From: Candidatus Kapaibacterium sp.
GTDB lineage: Bacteria; Bacteroidota; Ignavibacteria; Palsa-1295
Reading direction: 5' to 3'
Length of the DNA: 60,569 nucleotides
Assembly (NCBI GenBank): GCA_038229915.1
Contig: JBBRNY010000003.1
Location: 1 to 60,569 of the forward strand
Position 1 is the first letter of the stretch, and each line of letters starts with the position of its first letter. Below are positions 52,959 through 60,569 of the stretch, one piece after another. The notes under the pieces are model-generated. The model was not told the DNA's origin and made no database searches. It saw nothing but the letters and a program-made list of their open reading frames with translations. The translations under genes and the position numbers were made by a program.

Positions 52959-55900
52959 ATGAGACGTATTACATACATCGTTTTAGCAGTACTCTTTGTA
53001 GTGCTCGTCAACACTTCATTGTTTGCTCAGGGCGCATCTCGCACATTTGGTGCAGGTCGTTTGCAGCTCGATGACGGCGCGAACAACTTCGTATATATGA
53101 CAACCAAGACTGGTACGCTCGGTATTGATAATACCGGTGCTGTCATTCCTGGCGTGCAAACATTCCCGAGCAATTGCGCTCTTCTCGACCTCTCTTCGGT
53201 AACGAAGGGTTTCTTGCCTCCGAGAATGCTCACTGCGCAGGAAATGAATATCTGCGGCGGTACACCAAACGAAGGTCTCGTTGTGTACAACCTCAGCACT
53301 CATACATTAGACGTGTATAATGGTAGCGGCTGGGCACCTGTCGGTGGCGGCTGGTCTCTCTTCGGTAACTCACTCACCGTTGGTGGTGGTACTGGAGCCG
53401 GACAAAACTACATTGGTACAAACAATGCTACAGATTTTGTGATCGCTACGAATGTCGGAGCTCCTGGCTCTGGTGTTGGTGAGCGTATTCGTGTCACATC
53501 TACTGGCAATGTAAACATTGCTGGTATCAATGGTGTCTCGAACATCACTGCTTCTTCACTCGGTGGTGCGCCTCTTTTAGCTCCGCCTTTGAACTTGCCA
53601 ACTGATGGGCTTATCATTGGTAAGAATGCAGGTGATCTTTATAAATATGATGTTGCGACCGTTGTAGGTGCAGTTGCTTGGTTACGTACCGGCAACACCA
53701 TTCTCGACGTTAACAACAAACTTGGTACGATCAATGACGTTGCTATCAATATCGTTACGAACGATGCTACTCGTGTAACGATTGGCAACTCAGCCGCTGC
53801 AAACGCAGTAACCGTTACGGGTAACGCACTCATTAATGGCAATGCTGCTGTAACTGGCACATTCACTTCGGCAGGTAACTCGACTGTCGGCACAAACGGA
53901 GCTACAACCAATTCATTTGGTAATACTGGCGCTTCAGTCAATGCTATCGGTAACGGCATTGGTGCTCAGAACACTGTGGGTAACGGCGGCGGTGCTACAA
54001 GTAATACTATTGGTACCAATGCCGCATCTAATAACTTTGGCAATGGTGCTACCAATAACAACTTTGGTAATGTCGCAGTAATGAATCAATTCGGTACTGG
54101 CGCAACAACCAACAATATTGGTACTTCGGGTACATCAACGAACACTGTTCTTGGTACAACGAATATCAATACTACTGGCAATAGTGCTACATCTATCGGA
54201 AGCACAGCAACCGGCGGCGCAGTAACGATCGCTACTTCGAATCCTAATCCTCTTACATTGAATGTTGGTGCAACGACGAACAATCTCGTCTTGAACAACA
54301 TCCTTCAGGATAATAATGCTGTTAATTTATTGATGCTCACTGGCGTCAATAGTGGTAATACTCGCACACGTGCAATTGGTACGCTGATCGCAGCAAATGA
54401 AGGTCTTGTACTTGATCTCTCGAACCCAGCTTTGCCAACTGTAAAGCTCGGAAGTTCGGCGCTTGACCCGGTTAATGCTTTCCTTACAAATCGTACCGTC
54501 AGTCTTGGTGCGAATCTCTTGAACTTCAATAATAATGGTAACGTCACGTTTGCTAGCCTTAATGGTGCGAACAACGCGATTAACCTCAACAACTTCAGCG
54601 CAACAGCTAACACAAACATTGGCTTCGACGCAGTTGGAAATAACGTAGCTATCCAAGGTCGTACAACGAATGTTGGTACTTTGAGCGCTGCTCAGGCTAT
54701 CAATATCGGTACTGGCGGTGGTAATACCACTATCGGTCTTGCTCCTGGAAGCACGAACAACATTAATGGTACGAACAACACGATGACAGCAACAGGTACT
54801 AACTTGTTGACTGCACCGACCAACACGATCAACGGTACTACACAGAATAATGTGACTGCACCGACGAACGTGATCACTGGTAACACGTTGAACAACATCA
54901 CTTCAACCACAGAAAACCGTGTTTCAGGACCTACCAATATCAATACAACAACAGCAAACACAACTACCATCGGTAACGGTGGCGCAGTTGCTTCAAACAC
55001 TGTTGTCAATGTTGGTACAGCTGGTGGTAATTTGACTCTCAATAACATCGTTAACGACAACACCATCACCAACATCCTCGTGCAGACGGGTGCCGCTGGT
55101 TCTGGTAACGTTCGTTATCGCACACTTGCATCGCTCATCGCAGCTAATCAAGGTTTGATCCTTGATAACAGTACGCCAACTCCGACCGTAAGACTCGGTA
55201 GCGCAGCTGGTGACCCAGTCAATCCGTTCTTAGTAAATCGCACTGTTTCTCTCGGTGGTCAGTCATTGTTCATCAATGATGGCAACTCGGGCACACAGTT
55301 GGCTCAGTTCAACGGCGCTGGTGATGTGATCAACTTGAACACATTGACAACAGGTACAACAACGATCGGTAGCTCAACAGCAACCGCAACAAATATCAAC
55401 GGACCTACCAATATCAATAACGCTGTTAACTCGAATACCCAGATCAACACTGGCGGTTCTTCGGGAACAGTAACAATTGGTAACGCCGCTGCTGGTACCG
55501 TTCAGCTCACTTCGGGTACTGCAGTAAATGCAAACTCACCGAACAACACGTTGACTGCAACAACAACAAACTTGTTGACTGCACCAACTAACACTTTAAC
55601 TGGTGCTACGACCAATAACGTTAATGCACCGACCAATAACATGGGTGCTACATTGTTGAACAACATCAACAGTGCTACGGAAAACCGTTTAACGGGACCT
55701 ACCAATATCAACACTACTGCGAACAACTTGACAACGATCGGTCAGAATGCTGGTACAGCTTCTACGACTGTTATCAATGTCGGTACAGCAGGTGGAAACT
55801 TGACGTTGAACAACATCGTCCGTGATAACTTTTCTATCAGCTTGCTCACGACTACCGGTATCGGTTCTCCTGCATCTGGTAACGTTCGTTATCGCCAGCT

Positions 55901-58900
55901 TGCAACGCTCATCGCTGCTGACCAAGGTTTGATCCTTGATAACAGCACTGCAACGCCGACCGTAAGACTCGGTAGCGCAGGCGGTGACCCAGTCAATCCA
56001 TTCGCTGCTAATCGCACCGTTTCTTTGGCTAATAACCAATTGATCTTTAATGATAACGCTGCTGTCGGATTTGTTACTCTTAACGGTAATACCGATGCAG
56101 TCAATATCAACACCACAACTGCTGGTACGACAACGATCGGTAGCTCAACCGCTACTGCTACAAATATCAACGGACCGACCAACATCAATAACGCTGTTAA
56201 CTCGAACACTCAGATCAACACTGGTGGTAGCTCGGGTTCAGTAACTGTTGGTACGACATCTGCTGGTACCGTTGCTCTTACTTCAGGTACAGCCGTTAAC
56301 GTCAATATTCTTGGACCATCAGCGACCAACATCAACACTGGTACTGCTACTGGCGACGTTAATCTCGGTAACACTGGCTTAGGACCGAACATCAATATGT
56401 CGGTTAACGCTGCTCGTAATATCACGATGCAGAATATCCAAACCGATATTGCTCCTACACAATGGTTGACATTGAATGCTGCTAACCAGGTTAAAGTAAC
56501 TTCGCTCGCGAACATCGCAGAGCAGGGCGTAAGCTACCAGCTTGAAGCAAGCGGTACTCGCTTCCGTCTCGGCGGTATCACTTCTACTCAGGTGCCGTTC
56601 ACTGTTAATGATCGTTTCATTAATATGGACGCTCGCAACTTGTTCTTCACACGTAATGGTGGTGCGAACAACGTTATGCAGCTCACTGGTGGTGCAACTG
56701 GCGGCGTAGATATTACTGCTCCGACGAACATCAATACTGCAAATAATCTTAACACAGCTATCGGTACTGTTGCTGGTGCTGGCGGATCAACGACCATCAA
56801 CGGTCGTCCGCTCAACCTCAATAACGGCGGCGGCGCTAATGGCGTAACCAACATCGGTAATACCGTTGGTGGTATCACCGTCACTGGTCGTTCGACATAC
56901 AGTGCTTCTAGCCCGATCAACCTCACCGGAACTGACGGTACCTCTAACCAGGTAATGCGTTCGAACGGTCTTGGTGCTACTCCGAGCTGGTTCACACTCA
57001 CAACCGATGCTACTTTGCTCGGTGATGGTGTCGGAACTTCATTCGGTATCGACCTCAACCACTCAAATACCTGGAACGTCTCGCAGACATTTGGCGACAA
57101 CGTAGGTATTGATAACTTCACTGTCAACACAGGTGTCGGCGGCGGAACTGCAACGATCAATCTTCAGGGCGGCGGAAATCTCGTCCTCAATAACATCGCT
57201 AACGACAACACAACGACCAACATCTTGACTATCAGTGGTGCTGGTTCGGGTAACGTTCGTTATCGCACACTTGCTTCGTTGATCAATGCCGATCAAGGTA
57301 CACAGCTTGTTACGATCGCTGGAGTTCCTACCGTATTGCTCGGTGGTGCTACTAACGTGATCAACCCATTGACAAGCACACGTTTTGTGAACTTGACCAA
57401 TCAGGTCTTGAACTTCACAAACGCGGCTGGTGCAAATAATCTTGTCCAACTCGACGGTAATGCAGGCTCTGTAGCTGTTAATGGTACACTTACCTCAACA
57501 GGCAACACGACTCTTGCAACCAACGCTGCTACGACCAACACATTTGGTAATAACGCTGCAACGTCTAACTCGATCGGTACTTCAGCGGTCACCAATAACT
57601 TTGGTAACAGCGCTGTTGCTTCAACAACAACCAATAACATCGGTAATTCGAATGCTGCTGGTGGTACGACCATCAACAATATCGGTCGCCCAGTTGCTGG
57701 CGGTTTCTCAACTACCAATATCGGTGATATTGCTGGCGCAGGTTCTGCTATCAATGTTCTTGGTGTTACAAGTATCAACACAACCTTTGCGGCTACTACC
57801 ACGATCGGCAATACAGGTGCCGGTGGTAATGTCACGATTGCAAGTGCTAATACTATCGCACTCAATGGTACAACCAACATCAACACTGGTGCCTACAAAT
57901 TGACATCTGTCGGTGATGGTGCTACTGCTAACCAACAGCTTCGCGTTAATGGCGTTGCTGACGCTATTGTCGGTAACACACTCGGTGCTAACCCAACCGT
58001 ATGGGATCTCGTCGTCACTGGCGATCAGGTCACAACTGGTATCGCGAAATTCGGCGGTTCACTTTGGATCGACGGCGTAAGCGCTACTCACCAGATCAAT
58101 GCTAACGCTCCGTTGAACATCGTTACTACGGGCGGTAACTTGGGCTTGACGGCTTCGGGTTCGATCAACTTCAATTCGAACATCGGTACAAGCATCGTTC
58201 CGAGCGTTAACAACTCGTTCGATCTTGGTTCTGCTGCTAATCGTTGGAACAACTTGTTCGTAACGACTATCAACTTGCCACTCGGTACTTATCCTTCAGG
58301 ATCAGTCTTGTTTGCTAACGCTGCAGGTCAGATCGCTGCTGATAATCCAAGCTTCTTCTATAGCAACACACTCAAACGCCTCGGTATCGGAAACAACGCT
58401 CCGACTCAGGCTCTTGACGTAACTGGTAATGGTAACTTCAGCGGTTCACTCGCAGTTGGTACTACAGTGACTGCTGGTAGTTCAGTTGGCGCAGGTTCAT
58501 CAGTAACTGCTGGAACATTCATGACGGCAGGAACAAGCATTGCTGCAGGAACAACTATCACAGCTGGAACAGGAATCACATCTAACTCTGGTAACATCGT
58601 TGCAACAGCTGGTCAGGTAAACGCAGGAACAAGTATGACTGCTGGTACCACGATCAACGCAGGTGGTGCGATCACAGCTGGATCAACACTCGCAGCAGGA
58701 ACTTCAATCACTGCTGGTACATCGATTGCAGCTGGAACGACACTTACCGCAGGTACAGGTTTAACTGTAACCTCAGGTGGTGCAACGATCAACGGTTTCG
58801 CAGCTTCAGCAGATGCATTCCTCGTTACTGTTCCAACGGCCGCTGGTGGTGATCTTCACACACGTACCGTTGCTTCACTTCCATTTATTGGTGGTAGTGG

Positions 58901-60536
58901 TACACTGAATACTATCGCAATGTTTACACCGAACGGTACAACAATTGGTAATTCACCATTGACTGTATCAGGTGGTGTTAATGTCGCTGGCTCAGGTTCA
59001 TTGACAGCAGGTACATCACTTGCCGCAGGAACAACCGTAGCCGCTGGTACATCTATCGGTGCTGGAACATTTATCACTGCAGGCACAACGATCGCTGCTG
59101 GAACAGGTATCACATCTGCTTCAGGTAACATCGTTGCAACAGCTGGTCAGGTAAACGCAGGAACAAGTATGACTGCTGGTACCACGATCAACGCAGGTGG
59201 TGCGATCACAGCTGGATCAACACTCGCAGCCGGAACAACGGTTACTGCAGGTACATCAATCTCAGCAGGAACAACAATCACCGCTGGTACAGGTTTGACT
59301 GTTACCGCAGGTGGTGCGAACATCAACGGATTAGCACAGAATAATGCTCTCGTTGACCTCGTCGTTGCTCCTTCAACAACAGGTGGCGTACTTGCCACTC
59401 GCTCTGTTGCTTCACTCGGTTTCATTACTGGAGCTGGTACACTTAACACGATCCCAATGTTCACACCAACAGGTACTTCACTCGGTAACTCACCGTTGAC
59501 AGTCGTAGGTGTTAATGTCACTGGTTCTGGTTCATTGAACGCAGGTACATCAGTTGGCGCAGGTACATCTGTAACTGCTGGAACATTCATCACTGCAGGC
59601 ACAACGATTGCTGCTGGAACAGGTATCACATCTGCTTCAGGTAACATCGTTGCAACAGCTGGTCAAGTAAATGCAGGTACAAGCGTATCGGCTGCTACTA
59701 CGGTCGCTGCTGGAACTTCAATCACTGCTGGTACATCGATTGCAGCAGGAACAACACTCACCGCAGGTACAGGCTTAACGGTCACTGCAGGTGGTGCGAA
59801 CATCAACGGCTTAGTGCAGAATAATGCACTCGTTGACCTCGTAGTTGCTCCTTCAACAACAGGTGGTGCACTTGCAACTCGCTCTGTTGCTTCACTTGGT
59901 ATCTTATCAGGTAGTGGTACATTGAACACCATTGCAATGTTCACTCCATCAGGTACACAAGTTGGTAATTCACCATTGACAGTATCTGGTGCAGATGTAT
60001 CTGGATCTGGCAAATTGACTGCTGCAACTTCAGTTAACGCGGGTACTACTGTAAACGCAGCAACTACAGTCGCTGCTGGTACAAATATCACTGCTGTTAC
60101 AACTATCGCTGCGGGTACAGCGATCACTGCTGGTACAACAGTCGGTGCTGTAACTACAGTAACTGGCGGTACAGGAGTTATCGCAACTACTGGCGCTATT
60201 AACGCAACTGGTGGTACGATCCAAACCAATAGTGTTAACCGCATTGACAATAACGGTGTTGTTCATGCAACAGGTTTCACAGCTTCTTACACAGCACAGG
60301 GTGCTAACTACGGAGCTCTTGTTACTGATTACTTCATCCGCTCAACTGCTGGTGGAATTACGATCACACTTCCTGCTGCTACAACAGGTCAGATCATCGT
60401 AGTGAAGAACTCAGCTGCTGCTGCTGTTAGCGTAACAGCCGCAACGATCGACGGCGCTGCTCCTGTAGCGAATAACCTCAATGCTGGTGTCACACGTACC
60501 TACGTCTTTGATGGCGCAGGTTGGTGGAGCTACTAA
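52959..60536 (+). CDS. Giant (2525 aa) secreted repetitive fibre/adhesin-like protein
   Basis: One uninterrupted 7578-nt ORF. Signal peptide MRRITYIVLAVLFVVLVNTSLFAQ. Asn/Thr/Gly/Ala-rich with several classes of tandem modules. Tail-fibre-like segment DLGSAANRWNNLFV. Distinct C-terminal ~95-aa domain, and no T9SS CTD. Confidence 0.9.
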   Translation: MRRITYIVLAVLFVVLVNTSLFAQGASRTFGAGRLQLDDGANNFVYMTTKTGTLGIDNTGAVIPGVQTFPSNCALLDLSSVTKGFLPPRMLTAQEMNICGGTPNEGLVVYNLSTHTLDVYNGSGWAPVGGGWSLFGNSLTVGGGTGAGQNYIGTNNATDFVIATNVGAPGSGVGERIRVTSTGNVNIAGINGVSNITASSLGGAPLLAPPLNLPTDGLIIGKNAGDLYKYDVATVVGAVAWLRTGNTILDVNNKLGTINDVAINIVTNDATRVTIGNSAAANAVTVTGNALINGNAAVTGTFTSAGNSTVGTNGATTNSFGNTGASVNAIGNGIGAQNTVGNGGGATSNTIGTNAASNNFGNGATNNNFGNVAVMNQFGTGATTNNIGTSGTSTNTVLGTTNINTTGNSATSIGSTATGGAVTIATSNPNPLTLNVGATTNNLVLNNILQDNNAVNLLMLTGVNSGNTRTRAIGTLIAANEGLVLDLSNPALPTVKLGSSALDPVNAFLTNRTVSLGANLLNFNNNGNVTFASLNGANNAINLNNFSATANTNIGFDAVGNNVAIQGRTTNVGTLSAAQAINIGTGGGNTTIGLAPGSTNNINGTNNTMTATGTNLLTAPTNTINGTTQNNVTAPTNVITGNTLNNITSTTENRVSGPTNINTTTANTTTIGNGGAVASNTVVNVGTAGGNLTLNNIVNDNTITNILVQTGAAGSGNVRYRTLASLIAANQGLILDNSTPTPTVRLGSAAGDPVNPFLVNRTVSLGGQSLFINDGNSGTQLAQFNGAGDVINLNTLTTGTTTIGSSTATATNINGPTNINNAVNSNTQINTGGSSGTVTIGNAAAGTVQLTSGTAVNANSPNNTLTATTTNLLTAPTNTLTGATTNNVNAPTNNMGATLLNNINSATENRLTGPTNINTTANNLTTIGQNAGTASTTVINVGTAGGNLTLNNIVRDNFSISLLTTTGIGSPASGNVRYRQLATLIAADQGLILDNSTATPTVRLGSAGGDPVNPFAANRTVSLANNQLIFNDNAAVGFVTLNGNTDAVNINTTTAGTTTIGSSTATATNINGPTNINNAVNSNTQINTGGSSGSVTVGTTSAGTVALTSGTAVNVNILGPSATNINTGTATGDVNLGNTGLGPNINMSVNAARNITMQNIQTDIAPTQWLTLNAANQVKVTSLANIAEQGVSYQLEASGTRFRLGGITSTQVPFTVNDRFINMDARNLFFTRNGGANNVMQLTGGATGGVDITAPTNINTANNLNTAIGTVAGAGGSTTINGRPLNLNNGGGANGVTNIGNTVGGITVTGRSTYSASSPINLTGTDGTSNQVMRSNGLGATPSWFTLTTDATLLGDGVGTSFGIDLNHSNTWNVSQTFGDNVGIDNFTVNTGVGGGTATINLQGGGNLVLNNIANDNTTTNILTISGAGSGNVRYRTLASLINADQGTQLVTIAGVPTVLLGGATNVINPLTSTRFVNLTNQVLNFTNAAGANNLVQLDGNAGSVAVNGTLTSTGNTTLATNAATTNTFGNNAATSNSIGTSAVTNNFGNSAVASTTTNNIGNSNAAGGTTINNIGRPVAGGFSTTNIGDIAGAGSAINVLGVTSINTTFAATTTIGNTGAGGNVTIASANTIALNGTTNINTGAYKLTSVGDGATANQQLRVNGVADAIVGNTLGANPTVWDLVVTGDQVTTGIAKFGGSLWIDGVSATHQINANAPLNIVTTGGNLGLTASGSINFNSNIGTSIVPSVNNSFDLGSAANRWNNLFVTTINLPLGTYPSGSVLFANAAGQIAADNPSFFYSNTLKRLGIGNNAPTQALDVTGNGNFSGSLAVGTTVTAGSSVGAGSSVTAGTFMTAGTSIAAGTTITAGTGITSNSGNIVATAGQVNAGTSMTAGTTINAGGAITAGSTLAAGTSITAGTSIAAGTTLTAGTGLTVTSGGATINGFAASADAFLVTVPTAAGGDLHTRTVASLPFIGGSGTLNTIAMFTPNGTTIGNSPLTVSGGVNVAGSGSLTAGTSLAAGTTVAAGTSIGAGTFITAGTTIAAGTGITSASGNIVATAGQVNAGTSMTAGTTINAGGAITAGSTLAAGTTVTAGTSISAGTTITAGTGLTVTAGGANINGLAQNNALVDLVVAPSTTGGVLATRSVASLGFITGAGTLNTIPMFTPTGTSLGNSPLTVVGVNVTGSGSLNAGTSVGAGTSVTAGTFITAGTTIAAGTGITSASGNIVATAGQVNAGTSVSAATTVAAGTSITAGTSIAAGTTLTAGTGLTVTAGGANINGLVQNNALVDLVVAPSTTGGALATRSVASLGILSGSGTLNTIAMFTPSGTQVGNSPLTVSGADVSGSGKLTAATSVNAGTTVNAATTVAAGTNITAVTTIAAGTAITAGTTVGAVTTVTGGTGVIATTGAINATGGTIQTNSVNRIDNNGVVHATGFTASYTAQGANYGALVTDYFIRSTAGGITITLPAATTGQIIVVKNSAAAAVSVTAATIDGAAPVANNLNAGVTRTYVFDGAGWWSY
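54300..57420 (+). repeat. Four copies of a ~250-aa protein module inside the giant gene
   Basis: The core GGNLxLNNIxxDN...GSGNVRYRxLAxLIxAxQGLxLD...PTVxLGS...DPVNPF..NRTVSL recurs around nt 54355, 55104, 55878 and 57249 (spacings 749, 774 and 1371 nt). Confidence 0.85.
58425..60200 (+). repeat. 3.5 tandem copies of a 160-188-aa module built from AGTxxx hexapeptide runs inside the giant gene
   Basis: Modules start near 58425, 58988, 59522 and 60002. A 107-nt stretch at 58590-58696 is identical to 59124-59230. Confidence 0.9.
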
Positions 60537-60569
60537 GCCCCAAACGTATTTCAAAAAAAACCCCGCTCA

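Noticed and set aside
53016-60266. Many long ORFs (up to 195 aa) on the minus strand and in alternative plus frames inside the giant gene, for example 59663..60250, 56588..57160, 59147..59647 and 57401..57886.
   Set aside because: They translate to monotonous P/A/V/T strings, which is the mirror image of the GGN/GCN/ACN-rich sense codons. The sense frame is uninterrupted for 7.6 kb and has a signal peptide and structured repeats. They are compositional artefacts.
52959-60536. Interpretation of the giant gene as a prophage tail-fibre gene.
   Set aside because: No capsid, tail, terminase, integrase or lysis genes occur in the 8 kb upstream, and it has a Sec signal peptide. The region downstream of the window cannot be examined, so this rejection is provisional.

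Overview
This is a gene-dense 60.6-kb chromosomal window with about 55 protein genes and one tRNA. I found no rRNA, CRISPR array, transposase, integrase or phage genes. Five proteins end in type IX secretion (T9SS) C-terminal sorting domains. Together with TAnnTTTG-like promoter motifs, this suggests an FCB-group bacterium (Bacteroidota / Ignavibacteriota / Chlorobiota-like); that placement is inference only.

Content in order:
- hpnC-hpnD squalene-family synthases.
- A cupredoxin lipoprotein followed by A-type cytochrome c oxidase subunits II and I.
- A ferritin-like protein with two ExxH motifs, divergent from a tightly coupled operon (SSF transporter, GH15-like hydrolase, BNR propeller, unknown protein).
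- tRNA(CAT).
- mpl, a GT9 glycosyltransferase, and an AAA+ ATPase translationally coupled to a DCC oxidoreductase.
- SulP permease, a BamB-like propeller and a PAP2 phosphatase.
- A fragmented nuo locus: nuoAB, then a 2.65-kb insert carrying a di-haem peroxidase and AT-rich ORFs, then nuoCD and a terminator.
- copZ-copA, sdhCD without sdhAB, ftsX and surE.
- An AT-rich three-gene operon (Cys-rich secreted protein, TlpA-like thioredoxin, small T9SS protein) preceded by three perfect 16-bp tandem repeats, each containing the palindrome ATAGGCCTAT.
- pta and a HEAT-cyclophilin fusion.
- Two Ddl-type ATP-grasp ligases, a small GNAT and a lysine-2,3-aminomutase.
- A 2525-aa extremely repetitive secreted fibre-like protein filling the last 7.6 kb.

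The best candidates for something undescribed are:
- the ATP-grasp x2 / GNAT / KamA cluster, a possible beta-lysine-derived product;
- the AT-rich Cys-rich-protein / thioredoxin / T9SS operon with its operator-like repeat array;
- the giant modular fibre gene;
- the scattered respiratory operons with a cupredoxin next to a cytochrome-c-less oxidase.

All functional calls come from reading motifs by eye. No database search was possible.
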